Of a DNA stretch of 64,000 nt, positions 1 to 9,838 are shown piece after piece. The DNA lies in the NCBI GenBank assembly GCA_963826115.1, contig CAWGVS010000006.1, forward strand, positions 416,001 to 480,000, written 5' to 3'. A model generated the notes under the pieces. That model had not been told where the DNA came from and ran no database searches. It was given only the letters and a program-made list of their open reading frames with translations. The DNA is from an uncultured Candidatus Rokubacteria bacterium (GTDB lineage: Bacteria; Methylomirabilota; Methylomirabilia; Rokubacteriales; DASRDR01). The number at the start of each line of letters is the position of its first letter. Position 1 is the first letter of the stretch. A program made the translations under genes and the position numbers.

Positions 1-2964
1 CACCGAGCGGTCGTTGTTGGACTCGACGGCCTCGACGACGGTACGGCCGGAATCGGCCCGCGCGGTCACGCAGTGCGTGCCGGGCGCGGCCGCCGGCGCG
101 GTCACCGTCGTCGTCAGCCGCGTGGACGCCCCGGCCGCCAGGGAGGGGACCGGGAACGTCTTGAGGACCGAGGCCCCCGCGTCGCTCGTGTCCGAGCATT
201 CCTTGAACAGGAGCGCCGCGACGTGCGCCGGGGCCGTCGCGGAGCCGATGTTCTTGACCGTGAAGGCGGCGCCCACGGTGGTTCCGGGGCGTAGCTGGGT
301 CGAGTCCAGCGAGAGCTCGGAGACGGTCAGGTCGGGCATCTGCACAGTGAGCTTGATGGCCTTCCGCCGGAACTGGCTGGAGGGAGTGACGGCGACGGTC
401 GATGCCACCATCCCCGCCCAGGGGCCCGTTGCGGCGGCCGTGTCGATCTGGGCGATCAGGTAGTAGGCGCCCGGATCCGTGCTCGGGATCGTCATGGGTG
501 ACGTGAGCCGGAGGCTGCCGTTCGCGGGGATCGTGTCGACCGGCAGGGTGGCGACCAGCACGCCCGCGGAGAGCGGCGCGTCGGGGTTGGTCGCCAGGAA
601 GACGACGACGCTGGTGGGACGCGAGGCCACCCGGCCGGCGTTGCCCACGCGGAGGTTCGCGACCACCGCTTGGCCTGGCTGCACGAGGCTCGGGTCCACC
701 GACAGGTCGGCGATCGCCACGTCCGGCACGGCCACGTCGAACCGGGCGGTCCTCGAGTTGTTCGTGTCGTTCGACTCGCCGACCGCCAGCGACGGATCGA
801 GCCTGGCCAGGAGGTTGTACGACCCTGGTGTCACCACCGGCACCGTCACCGGGACCTTCAGGGCGACCGTCTTGCCGGGGCCGAGCTCGGGGATGTCGAA
901 GGTGCTGCTCGGCGCGACGGTCTGGGTCGCGGTCGCGGAGGTCGGCAGGACGAACAGCGCGCCGGTCGTCTTGGCCGCGGGGACGGCGCCTCCGTTCCGG
1001 ACGGTGACGCTCGCGCTCACGACGTCGGCGGCGCGGACGATCGTTGGCGAGAGCGTCAGGGCGTCCGCTCGGAGATCGGGCAGGGCGACCTGGAACGAAG
1101 CGGCGCGGCGGTTGTTGGCGTTGTTGGTTTCGGCGAGCCGGCCGGCCGCGTCCAGGACGGCCAGGATCTGGAAGGAGCCGGGCGCGACGTTGGGGACACG
1201 GAAGGTCACGAGGAGCGGGGCAGACGCACCGGCGGGCAGGACCGCGGTCGTGGTGGAGCCGAGGAGCGTCGCGACCTCGAGGGGCGTCTCGGCGGATCGC
1301 GCGAAGTAGAGGGCGACGGGCGCGGCATCGGCCGCGACGGCGCCCGCGTTCCGGACGGTGAGGGTGGCGGTGACGCTGTCACCGGCGCGGGCCACGGCCG
1401 GCGCGAGGCTCAGGGCGCTCGGCGTCAGGTCCGGGAACGTGACGCGAAGCGAGGTGGCCCGGCGGTTGTTGGCGTTGTTGGTCTCGGCGAGCCCGCCGGC
1501 CGCGTCGATGACGGCGAGGATCTGGAACGTCCCCGGGGCCACGTCCGGGACGTGGAAGGCCACGGGGAGCGGCGTGGACGCCCCGGCGGGGAGCACCGGA
1601 GTCGTGGTGGAGCCGAGCGGCGTCGCGAGTTCGAGGGGCGTCCCCGCGGACGGCGCGAAGTAGAGGTTGACCGACGCGGCATCTGCCGGAACCGGTCCCG
1701 CGTTGCGGACGGTGACGGTGGCGGTGACCGCGTCGCGGGCGCGAGCCACGCTTGGAGCGAGGCTCAGCCCACTCGGGGTGAGGTCCGGGAACGTGACACG
1801 GAGCGACGTGGCGCGGCGGTTGTTGGCGTTGCTGGTCTCGGCGATGCGCCCCGGACCGTCGACGACCGCGACAATCTGGAAGGTTCCCGGCGCGACGTTT
1901 GGCACGCTGAACGTGACGGGCAGGGCGGCCGATCCGCCGGCGGGGAGCGTCGGGGTCGTCGTGGTGCCGATGGGCGTTGCGAGCTGGAGCGGCGTGTCGG
2001 CGGACGGCGCGACGTAGAGGGCGATCGGCGCGGGATCGGCCGGGACGCGCCCGGAGTTGCGGATCGTGACGGTGGCGGTCACGCTATCGCGGGCGCGGGT
2101 CACCGGCGGGCTGAGCCGGAGGTCCTGCACGGTGAGGTCCGGGAACGTGACCTGGAGCTCGGCGCTGCGACGGTTGTTGGTCTCGCTAGTCTCGGCGAGG
2201 CGGCCGGGCGCGTCGATGACGGCGATGATCCGGAAGGTTCCCGGGGCCAGGTCCGGAACCGGGAAGGTCACAGGGAGTGGGGCGGACGCGCCGGCGGGGA
2301 GCGTCGGGGTCGTCGTGGTGCCGATGGGCGTTGCGAGCTGGAGCGGCGTGTCGGCGGACGGCGCGACGTAGAGGGCGATCGGCGCGGGATCGGCCGGGAC
2401 GCGCCCGGAGTTGCGGATCGTGACGGTGGCGGTCACGCTATCGCGGGCGCGGGTCACCGGCGGGCTGAGCCGGAGGTCCTGCACGGTGAGGTCCGGGAAC
2501 GTGACCTGGAACTCGGCGCTGCGACGGTTGTTGGTCTCGCTAGTCTCGGCGAGGCGGCTGGGCGCGTCGACGACGGCGAAGATCTGGAAGGTCCCCGGAG
2601 GGACGCTGGGAACGGCGAACGTGACGGGAAGCGCAGCGGACGCGCCGGGCGCGAGCGACGGGGTCGTGGTCGTCCCCAAGGGGGTCGCGAGATCCAGAGG
2701 TGTCTGCGCCGAGGCCGCGAAGTAGAGGGCGACGAGCGCGGCATCGGCCGGCCCGGCGCCGGAGTTCCGGATCGTCACGGTGGCCGTGACGGAGTCGCGG
2801 GCGCGAGCCACCGGCGGAGCGAGCCGCAAGTCCGTGACCACGAGGTCTGGCCTCGTCTGCGCTGCGGCGCCGAGCGGCGCCGTAAGCGCGCAGACGACCA
2901 GCGCCATCGTGAGGGCGCGGATCCTGCCGGTGACACCACATGGCATAGCCCGGCTGGCGGACAT
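1..2964 (-). CDS. Secreted tandem CARDB (Ig-like, cell-adhesion-related) repeat protein, 3' end beyond the window
   Basis: Absent from the ORF track because there is no stop in the window. Manual translation: MSASRAMPCGVTGRIRALTMALVVCALTAPLGAAAQ-TRPDLVVTDLRLAPP...VTIRNSGAGPA...VVDAPSRLAETSETNNRRSAEFQV-TFPDLTV. About 8 units of PDL..V.N.G...D....V.E..E.NN. SD AAGGAG lies 7 nt before ATG 2964; signal peptide ends AAA-Q. Confidence 0.9.
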   Translation of the reverse strand, partial: MSASRAMPCGVTGRIRALTMALVVCALTAPLGAAAQTRPDLVVTDLRLAPPVARARDSVTATVTIRNSGAGPADAALVALYFAASAQTPLDLATPLGTTTTPSLAPGASAALPVTFAVPSVPPGTFQIFAVVDAPSRLAETSETNNRRSAEFQVTFPDLTVQDLRLSPPVTRARDSVTATVTIRNSGRVPADPAPIALYVAPSADTPLQLATPIGTTTTPTLPAGASAPLPVTFPVPDLAPGTFRIIAVIDAPGRLAETSETNNRRSAELQVTFPDLTVQDLRLSPPVTRARDSVTATVTIRNSGRVPADPAPIALYVAPSADTPLQLATPIGTTTTPTLPAGGSAALPVTFSVPNVAPGTFQIVAVVDGPGRIAETSNANNRRATSLRVTFPDLTPSGLSLAPSVARARDAVTATVTVRNAGPVPADAASVNLYFAPSAGTPLELATPLGSTTTPVLPAGASTPLPVAFHVPDVAPGTFQILAVIDAAGGLAETNNANNRRATSLRVTFPDLTPSALSLAPAVARAGDSVTATLTVRNAGAVAADAAPVALYFARSAETPLEVATLLGSTTTAVLPAGASAPLLVTFRVPNVAPGSFQILAVLDAAGRLAETNNANNRRAASFQVALPDLRADALTLSPTIVRAADVVSASVTVRNGGAVPAAKTTGALFVLPTSATATQTVAPSSTFDIPELGPGKTVALKVPVTVPVVTPGSYNLLARLDPSLAVGESNDTNNSRTARFDVAVPDVAIADLSVDPSLVQPGQAVVANLRVGNAGRVASRPTSVVVFLATNPDAPLSAGVLVATLPVDTIPANGSLRLTSPMTIPSTDPGAYYLIAQIDTAAATGPWAGMVASTVAVTPSSQFRRKAIKLTVQMPDLTVSELSLDSTQLRPGTTVGAAFTVKNIGSATAPAHVAALLFKECSDTSDAGASVLKTFPVPSLAAGASTRLTTTVTAPAAAPGTHCVTARADSGRTVVEAVESNNDRSV
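1936..2592. repeat. Near-identical intragenic tandem duplication (354-bp period, 118 aa)
   Basis: 1936-~2238 and 2290-~2592 differ at only a few bases. Antisense ORF stops at 1309, 1663, 2017, 2371 and 2725 show the same 354-bp period. Confidence 0.92.
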
Positions 2965-2970
2965 AGTCCC

Positions 2971-3011
2971 GCTCCTTCCGGAGGCCCCCTCCGGAGGAGC
3001 ATCTGCTCCCC
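2971..3011 (-). promoter_or_regulatory. Riboswitch expression platform with RBS-sequestering and competing hairpins
   Basis: GCTCCT-CCGGAGG-ggg-CCTCCGG-a-AGGAGC buries the SD. Upstream GGAGCA-ga-TGCTCC competes for the same GCTCC strand. Confidence 0.65.
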
Positions 3012-3017
3012 ATCCTT

Positions 3018-3112
3018 CTTCGGTAACCCGGCTATCAGGTGAGCGAGGTGCACTCGCGCCTGACCCGTGGCTTTGCGTCCCCGCCTCACGACGGGTTTGC
3101 CCTTTTCGGAAG
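3018..3112 (-). ncRNA. c-di-GMP-I (GEMM) riboswitch aptamer
   Basis: Minus strand CTTCCGAAAAGGGCAAACCCGTCGTGAGGCGGGGACGCAAAGCCACGGGTCAGG...CCTGATAGCCGGGTTACCGAAG carries the GGCAAACC-GNRA-GGGACGCAAAGCC...GGGTC...AGCCGGGTTACCGA consensus, in the 5' UTR of the CARDB gene. Confidence 0.92.
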
Positions 3113-3161
3113 GAGGCCGTCCTGTTCAGTTGTCGGACCTGTAACTGGACGCGACTCGTGG

Positions 3162-3177
3162 TGCAAGTTAGGTGCCC
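3162..3177 (-). promoter_or_regulatory. Sigma-54 (-24/-12) promoter candidate for the CARDB gene
   Basis: Minus strand GGGCACCTAACTTGCA = GG-N10-GC with CAC and TTGCA, just upstream of the aptamer. Confidence 0.65.
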
Positions 3178-3586
3178 TAGTTCGTCGTCGGGCGCACCGT
3201 CTGCACGAGACGGCAGAATTGCCTGTCCGCACAGTCAGATACGATGGGAATCGGGATCGTCGCTGGATCTTTTCGTCGGACGCCCGTCGACGGTTTGGCG
3301 TGCCAGATTTACACTCGCGAGACACTACGACAGTCGGTGGCACGTCGAGTCACTGCCAGGCTGGACACCCGGACAGGGGTCGCAGGCAAGCGGGGCCCGG
3401 CGAACCCACTATCCTGTTAGTATCGATCGTCGAAGCGATTCAGGCGCCCGGCGCGCGCAGCGCGCCGCCTCGCCGCCCAAGCCGGCCGCTCATGGCGGAT
3501 GCTCGAAACGCGCATGTCAGGCGACCGGTGTGGGGACCCGCCATGACCCAGACATGCGGCTGGTCCGGGAGCGGAGACACGAACGC

Positions 3587-5104
3587 ATGGTGGCCCCGAT
3601 GACATCCGGCGGCGATCGCGCCGGGCGGCTCTCGGATGTCGGCTGGGTCCTCGTCTTCTTCCTCTGCAGCTTCTGGCTCACCAACAGCGGATTCGAAACC
3701 TCCGAGGCCGTCTATCAGTACGCCGTCGCGCGGAACGTGGTCGAGACGGGACGGCTCGGATTCGACCATCCGATGGAGGGCATCTTCCACACGGCGCCGA
3801 ACGGCATGACGTACGGCGCCCACGAGATCGGCAACGCCGTGGTCCTGATCCCAGTGGCCACGCTGGGCGCCGTCGCGAACAGGGTTCTGCTGAGGCTCGG
3901 TTTCAAGCCCGAGCTGGCGAGCCGTGTCCCGCCGTTCATCACCTCCTTCCAGGCGGGTCTCCAGGCGGCCCTCGCGCTCGCGCTGCTGTACCTGATCCTC
4001 ACCCGGGAGTACGGGCAGAGCCCGAGAGCGGCGTTCGCGGGCTCGCTGGCCGTCGGCTTCGGCACGTATTACTGGAGCTACAGCCGGAGCCTGTATGACG
4101 GCATGTTGTGCCTCCTCCTGCTGGTGGCCGCCCTGGTGCTTCTGCTCCGTTACCGCGGCGGGGCGTCGGTCGGCGCGGTCGTCGGAGCGTTCACGCTGCT
4201 GGGGTTCTCGATCATCACGCGCCTGACGATGGTCCTGCCCACGGCCGCGGCCTTCCTGTTCATCCTCATGTCCGGCCGGCGTCCCGTATGGCGGCCCTTG
4301 ATGGCGGGCGCGTTGGCGCTGGTCCCCTTCGGGGTCTGGCAGCTCTGGTACAACAGCCTCCGCACCGGGAATCCGTTGGTATCCCCGGTCCAGACCGCCC
4401 AGTACGCGGCCAACAACGCCCTCGACGGCCACCTGGGGACCGGCCTGATCGGTCTCACGCTGAGCCCGGGTAAGAGCATCTTCGTCTATGCCCCGCTCCT
4501 CGTGCTCGCGATCGCGGCGTTCCCGAGCTTCTGGCGCCGAGACCGCGCGTCCGCGATGTTCGTCCTCGTCTCCGGAGGACTGTGGCTCCTCCTCCACGCC
4601 AAGCTTCGGAGCTGGTACGGCGCGTGGGGGTGGGGGCCACGGCACCTGATTACGCTCTTGCCGATCCTCGCGCTGCCGGCGCTGGTCGCGCTGCCCGGCC
4701 TCTGGGCGAAGCGCTGGGGGCGGACGATGATCGTGGTCGCGACGACGATGGGCGTCGTGCTCGGGGCGGCAGCGATCGTGGGGAACTGGCACTTCCGCCT
4801 GGAGCTGGCGGTCGCCGAGGGGCGGGAGGGCGACGCGACGTTCGTCTGGGGGCGGCACTCCCAGGCGGTCGACATGCTGGCGGGCGCCGGGAGCAATCTG
4901 CTGGTCGTAGCCGGCCGGCGTCAGCCGATCGCCCTGCCAACGTACTCCGACCTCGACAACTACGCGTCGAACCGGATCAACGTGTGGTGGCTCACGCTCG
5001 CACGGGTGGGCGTGCCCCGCATGGCGCTCGGGCTCGCCTGCGCCGTGCTGTTGGTGGGGCTCGTGTGGGCGGCAGCGCGCCTCGCCCGCGAGCCCGGCAG
5101 GTGA
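3587..5104 (+). CDS. Polytopic GT-C-type (lipid-carrier-dependent) membrane glycosyltransferase-like protein
   Basis: Many TM helices, acidic first loop (FETSEAVYQY), GLTLSPGKSIFVYAP and W.G.WGWGPRHL motifs. GGAG precedes ATG 3587. The ORF-track extension to 2780 is non-coding. Confidence 0.75.
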   Translation: MVAPMTSGGDRAGRLSDVGWVLVFFLCSFWLTNSGFETSEAVYQYAVARNVVETGRLGFDHPMEGIFHTAPNGMTYGAHEIGNAVVLIPVATLGAVANRVLLRLGFKPELASRVPPFITSFQAGLQAALALALLYLILTREYGQSPRAAFAGSLAVGFGTYYWSYSRSLYDGMLCLLLLVAALVLLLRYRGGASVGAVVGAFTLLGFSIITRLTMVLPTAAAFLFILMSGRRPVWRPLMAGALALVPFGVWQLWYNSLRTGNPLVSPVQTAQYAANNALDGHLGTGLIGLTLSPGKSIFVYAPLLVLAIAAFPSFWRRDRASAMFVLVSGGLWLLLHAKLRSWYGAWGWGPRHLITLLPILALPALVALPGLWAKRWGRTMIVVATTMGVVLGAAAIVGNWHFRLELAVAEGREGDATFVWGRHSQAVDMLAGAGSNLLVVAGRRQPIALPTYSDLDNYASNRINVWWLTLARVGVPRMALGLACAVLLVGLVWAAARLAREPGR

Positions 5105-5221
5105 CGGGATGCGGATCCTGGCCGGCGCCGGGACCGAGACTGCGGCACGACGTGCATATACACTCGTGCTCCTCGGCAGCCGGGACGGGCTCGGATGCCC
5201 CGGCCGGTCAGAGAGGAGGAA

Positions 5222-6100
5222 CTACCGCGGCGGGTCCACCCCGAGGCCGCGAAGCCGACGTAGCGCCTCGCCGTGTAGCCAGACCCGATGGCGAATGGAC
5301 CAGGTCGCCTTGAGGAATCGGGTCCAGAGCTTCTGGCGGCGAAGGCGCTCCGACGTCAGGACGTGGGTGGCATCTCCGATGTGATAGAGGTGCCGGGAGC
5401 CGCCGCCGAGCTGGACGTTTCGCTCGACCTCTGGTCCGCGGTACGCCCATTCGCGCCCACCGGCGACATGCGCGTAGTCGTGCTGTTGGTGGACAGCCAT
5501 GACCGCCTGGCTCGCGTCCACGACCGGCACTCCTAGGATTCGCGCCCTCCATACGAGCCAGTTGTCGAACCCGGCTCGTCCGACCGCGAAGGGGGGCGGC
5601 GCCGGATAGAGGTCGTGGTTGAAGACGAAGTAGTCGATGAACCAGCTGCCGCGATGCTCGCCATCGGCGACGACCCGGCGCCGGAGCTCCGCCTGCCATG
5701 ATGGATCCGCGAAGGGGACCGGCGTGGGCAGGTCGAGATTCCAGCATTCGCCGACCATCAGGAACCGGCGCATCCTGGCACGCACACGCGCGACCGCCGG
5801 CAGGAAATCGTCGAGCAGCACGATGTCGCTGTTCACGTAACAGAGGGTGTCGTCGGGCGTGGCGAGGCGACGTCCCGTCTCGAACAGTTCGCTGAGCAGG
5901 GGGGTCCCGAACTCGTTGCGTTGCACGTCCGCCACGTGCTCGAGTCCGAGGTCGCGCGCGACAGTGGCTGTTCCGTCCTCGCCGCCGAAGAGCACGACGC
6001 GAACCCCGTGGCCCAGACGCGCCCAGCTTTCGATCGCGTTGCGCTGTATGACCGCGATGTGGCCTTTGAAGGGCTTGGGGATGGCGAAGAGCGTCAACAT
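5222..6100 (-). CDS. GT-A fold glycosyltransferase-like protein
   Basis: MLTLFAIPKPFKGHIAVIQRNAIESW..., YVNSDIVL, GRAGFDNWL, HQQHDYAH. Confidence 0.75.
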   Translation of the reverse strand: MLTLFAIPKPFKGHIAVIQRNAIESWARLGHGVRVVLFGGEDGTATVARDLGLEHVADVQRNEFGTPLLSELFETGRRLATPDDTLCYVNSDIVLLDDFLPAVARVRARMRRFLMVGECWNLDLPTPVPFADPSWQAELRRRVVADGEHRGSWFIDYFVFNHDLYPAPPPFAVGRAGFDNWLVWRARILGVPVVDASQAVMAVHQQHDYAHVAGGREWAYRGPEVERNVQLGGGSRHLYHIGDATHVLTSERLRRQKLWTRFLKATWSIRHRVWLHGEALRRLRGLGVDPPR

Positions 6101-6436
6101 GCGGCGGCCTCACCGTGGTACGACAGTGTCGGGTGCGACGCGCCCGGTCATGCCCATCTCAACGGCTCGCGTTCGGCGCCCGCCGCGCTCTTTGCGGGGC
6201 TTCGGCCCCGTCACGCGATTGCTCAAATGCGCGATATCCGCTATCGTATAGGAGCAAAACGCGAGGAACAAGGCATGGGTCCGCACTTCCGCACTGTGGG
6301 GATGACGCCGCATGTGTGCCATCGCGAAAGCATGTGGAGGGGTGCTCGGGATGGAGCGCTGCGCCCCGCGTCCGAGGGTAGCGACATTCGATCGAGACTG
6401 GGCTCCCAGAACTTGGTGCTCGAGTGATCCCGGCGC

Positions 6437-7426
6437 ATGACCACCGACCTCACGAACGCTCGAGTCTGGGTGACCGGCGGTAGCGGCTTCCTGGGCCAGC
6501 ACGTGGTCGACGCGCTGCGCCGGCACGGCGCCAGGACGATTCTCGCGCCGCGCAGCTGCGACTACGACTTGCGCGACCGCCAGGCCATCCGCGCCGCGCT
6601 ACGCGACCTGCGTCCCGACGTGCTCATCCACCTGGCAGCGGTGGTCGGCGGCATCGGCGCCAACCGTGCCAACCCGGGGCGGTTCTTTTACGAGAATGCG
6701 ATCATGGGCATCGAGCTGATGGAGCAGGCGCGTGCCTTCGGGATCGCGAAGTTCGTCCAGATCGGGACCGTGTGCGCCTATCCGAAGCTGACGCCGGTGC
6801 CGTTTCGCGAGGAGTCCATCTGGGACGGCTACCCCGAAGAGACGAACGCCCCTTATGGCTTGGCCAAGAAGATGCTGCTGGTCCAGGCCCAGGCCTACCG
6901 CCGGCAGTATCGCTTCAACGCCGTCTACCTCATCCTTGTGAACCTCTATGGACCGGGCGACAATTTCGATCCGGAGAGCAGTCACGTGATCCCCGCCTTG
7001 ATTCGCAAGTTCATCGAGGCCCGGGAGCGGGGTGACCGTGAGGTCACGGCGTGGGGCACCGGCGCGGCCAGTCGCGAGTTCCTTTTCGCCGCCGACGCGG
7101 CGGAGGGGATCGCGCTCGCCACCGAGCGGTACGATGGCGACGAACCCGTCAACATCGCCACAGGCCGGGAGATCACGATCCGCGAGCTCGCGGAGATGGT
7201 GCGGCGGCTCGTGGGCTACGGGGGCAGTATCCGCTGGGACACCTCGCAGCCCAACGGTCAGCCGCGCCGCATGCTCGATACGTCCCGGGCGCGCGACCTC
7301 TTCGCCTTCGAAGCCAAGGTGGGCCTCGAAGCGGGCCTCCGGCGGACGATCGAATGGTACGAGAGCCATCGGGCGAGCGAGGCGAGGCAGGGCCACGTCT
7401 GTCTGTCGCAGAACACGGGCCGCTAG
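6437..7426 (+). CDS. fcl: GDP-L-fucose synthase
   Basis: [57 protein letters not shown]. Confidence 0.95.
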   Translation: MTTDLTNARVWVTGGSGFLGQHVVDALRRHGARTILAPRSCDYDLRDRQAIRAALRDLRPDVLIHLAAVVGGIGANRANPGRFFYENAIMGIELMEQARAFGIAKFVQIGTVCAYPKLTPVPFREESIWDGYPEETNAPYGLAKKMLLVQAQAYRRQYRFNAVYLILVNLYGPGDNFDPESSHVIPALIRKFIEARERGDREVTAWGTGAASREFLFAADAAEGIALATERYDGDEPVNIATGREITIRELAEMVRRLVGYGGSIRWDTSQPNGQPRRMLDTSRARDLFAFEAKVGLEAGLRRTIEWYESHRASEARQGHVCLSQNTGR

Positions 7427-7570
7427 CCCCCGCGTCATCGCTGCCGTGCTTCGCATCGGTTCGAGTACGTGAACCGTCGGCCGACCGGGGGTACGGTAGA
7501 TGCCGGCGCGCATCCCTCCGCAAGGCGTCCCCGGCGAGGGTCGGTGGCGTCACCTGATGTCCTGACCCCC

Positions 7571-8536
7571 ATGCAGCCGAGCATCTCCATTTGCGTGCCC
7601 ACGTACCGGCGCAGCGCGTTCCTCCGGGAGGCCCTCGTGTCGTGCCTCGGCCAGGGGTACGCCAATCTACAGGTCCTGGTGGGCGACGATTCCAACGATC
7701 CGGCCACGCGGGTCTTGTGCGAGAAGCTCGACGAGCGCATCCAATATGTAGGGAACGCGACGCGCCTCGGCCAGGCGGGTAACCTCAATGCGCTCCTCGA
7801 TCGGGCGCGTGGCGAGTACCTCATGGTGCTTCACGATGACGACAAGCTGGTCGGCGACGCCCTGTCCAGCCTCGTCGAGGCACTGAGGAACGACGCCGAC
7901 GCGATGGGCGCGTTCGGCCTTCAGCAGATCATCGACACCAAGTCGGCCGTCGACGAGAGCGCCAGCGCCGCGCTGAATGTCTTTTGCTACCGCACCGCCG
8001 AGTTCGAGGGCGGGAGGCTCTCCAGCATGGCCTCGGCACTCAGGCAGCAGTTCCCCAACGACGGCTACCTCTTGCGGTCGGAGTGCGTGCGGGGCGTCCG
8101 ATTCCGGAGGTACGAGGAGGCCGGGGACGGCTGTGACTTCGTATTTCCCCTCGACATCGCTCGGGCGCAGGGGGACCGTCGATTCCTCTTCCTGAATCGC
8201 GTGACGTGCCAGTACCGGGTTCATCCCGAGCAGGTGTCCAGCAACTTCGTCAACTATCCTGTCCTCGCGATTGTTGAAGCGATTTCGCCAAGCGAGCTGG
8301 ATGACGCGGCGGCGGCGGCGCTCGTCGATTCGAAGGACAAGTTCGCCAAGCGAGCAGTTAGGGAATTGCTGGCGCGGGGCTGCCGCCGGGAGGCGAGGCG
8401 GATCATCTTCTCGGAGAGCTTTCGATTCCGCCGGAAGGCGATCCGGAACGTGGCATACCTTGCGCTGAGCTGCCTTCCGACTGTCGCCGCGAGAGCCGTT
8501 CTGGCGCCGCGGGCTGTGGGCGCGCGACGAAGTTGA
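7571..8536 (+). CDS. Glycosyltransferase family 2
   Basis: SICVPTYRR...VLVGDDSND...ARGEYLMVLHDDD, YRVHPEQVS. Confidence 0.9.
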   Translation: MQPSISICVPTYRRSAFLREALVSCLGQGYANLQVLVGDDSNDPATRVLCEKLDERIQYVGNATRLGQAGNLNALLDRARGEYLMVLHDDDKLVGDALSSLVEALRNDADAMGAFGLQQIIDTKSAVDESASAALNVFCYRTAEFEGGRLSSMASALRQQFPNDGYLLRSECVRGVRFRRYEEAGDGCDFVFPLDIARAQGDRRFLFLNRVTCQYRVHPEQVSSNFVNYPVLAIVEAISPSELDDAAAAALVDSKDKFAKRAVRELLARGCRREARRIIFSESFRFRRKAIRNVAYLALSCLPTVAARAVLAPRAVGARRS

Positions 8537-8796
8537 GGACCGCCGGTAGGTCGGCCGGTCGCTGCCGTGCGCAACGCGCCAGCGCGCGGAACGCCTCGGG
8601 TCGGACGAGGAGGCGCCGGCGGCGACCGGGTGTCCGGCAATCTGACCAGATCCCGGCCCAGGGGCCGTTCCACGAGAGCGACCCGAGAAAGGGTCGCCGG
8701 AGGCGTGCGCCTGACCACGGCAGGGAGACGCGTTCTAGATGGCAACGAGCATCGCGGCCGGATCCCGTTCGGACCGGACCCGGAGCATCGCCTTCG

Positions 8797-8922
8797 TGGG
8801 ACGTCACGCGAGCTCATGTCGACGACCTCGCCCGCGATTTCGGCCATCAGCCACGAACGACCGTGGAAGACGGCGGCGCGCGGTTCGTCGAGCGGTACCG
8901 AGCCGACTACCGGATCGACTGA
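8797..8922 (+). pseudogene. C-terminal remnant of an NAD-dependent sugar epimerase (UDP-glucuronate 4-epimerase-like)
   Basis: WDVTRAHVDDLARDFGHQPRTTVEDGGARFVERYRADY resembles the GDV..T.AD...L..D.G..P.T....G..RFV.WYR.YY C-terminus; no N-terminal Rossmann part upstream. Confidence 0.65.
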
Positions 8923-8938
8923 GGGACGTCTTCGATCG

Positions 8939-9748
8939 GTGCCGACGTTTCGCCTGCTCGTGGTGGACCTGGATGGCACCGTTCGGTCGCGGGTGCTCGG
9001 CATCACCCCGGGCGTGCGGGCTGCCGTGGCCGCCGCGCGGGCCCGGGGAGTCCGGGTCTGCGTGGCTACCGGGCGGATGTGGCGGTCCGCGGAGCCATGG
9101 GTGCGTACCCTAGGGGCCGATTCACCGGCGATCCTCTACAACGGGGGACAGGTGTTCGACTTCGCCACCGGCCGGACGCTGTACGAGCGGGTCCTGCCTC
9201 GAGCCGCGGCCCAGGCGGCGCTCGACCTGACGCGACGCGACCCCGAAGTGCAGGCACACGTGTATCTCCGCGACCGCGTCTACGTGGAGCGCCCGCATCC
9301 TCTGACGGACGCCTATTCGGCCGATGACGGTCTGGGCGTCGACGTCGTGCCATCCTTCGACGCGCTCCTCACCGAGGACCCGCACAAGATCCTCATCATC
9401 GGGTCTCGCGATCGGATCGACGCGCTCCAGGCGAAGGTCCGGGCCGTCCGCCTTCCCGTCCACGACGTCAAGTCCGAGCCGATCTACCTGGAGATTCTTC
9501 CGCCCGGAGTCTCGAAGGGCGTTGCGCTCCAGGCCATGCTCGACGTGCTCGGCGTCGATGCGGCGGAGACGATCGCCGTCGGCGACAACTGGAACGACGT
9601 CGAGATGCTCGAGGTTGCCGGACTTGGGGTCGCGATGGGGCACGCGCCCGAGGGTGTCCGCGCCAAGGCCGACTTCGTGTGCGGCACCGTGGAAGAGGAC
9701 GGGGTCGGGCGGGTCATCGAGCAATACATCCTGGACGGAGCCGGATGA
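8939..9748 (+). CDS. Cof-type HAD-IIB hydrolase
   Basis: VVDLDGT, VATGR, YNGG, VSKG, GDNWNDVEML, GVAMG. GTG start. Confidence 0.93.
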   Translation: MPTFRLLVVDLDGTVRSRVLGITPGVRAAVAAARARGVRVCVATGRMWRSAEPWVRTLGADSPAILYNGGQVFDFATGRTLYERVLPRAAAQAALDLTRRDPEVQAHVYLRDRVYVERPHPLTDAYSADDGLGVDVVPSFDALLTEDPHKILIIGSRDRIDALQAKVRAVRLPVHDVKSEPIYLEILPPGVSKGVALQAMLDVLGVDAAETIAVGDNWNDVEMLEVAGLGVAMGHAPEGVRAKADFVCGTVEEDGVGRVIEQYILDGAG

Positions 9749-9838
9749 TTCCGGATCCGGGCCACGGCGTCAAACCGGCGTGCCCGGGACGACCCGGGAG
9801 CGGGCCGCCCCGCGGCCGCTGGTGCTTGCGGGACTGAC

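Noticed and set aside
670-3042. 790-aa repetitive plus-strand ORF and other ORFs over 1-3000
   Set aside because: Antisense shadows of the minus-strand CARDB gene; the 354-bp periodicity is protein-domain repetition, not CRISPR.
3018-3112. cGAMP-sensing GEMM-Ib variant
   Set aside because: The specificity position reads G, not A; binding data would be needed to exclude it fully.
2780-3586. N-terminal extension of the 774-aa ORF
   Set aside because: It overlaps the riboswitch and promoter and looks non-coding; the membrane-protein signal begins near 3587.
6130-6436. AT-richer divergent intergenic region as an ncRNA or sigma-54 site
   Set aside because: No recognisable RNA consensus, and GTCACGCGATTGCT has the wrong spacing and no GG.
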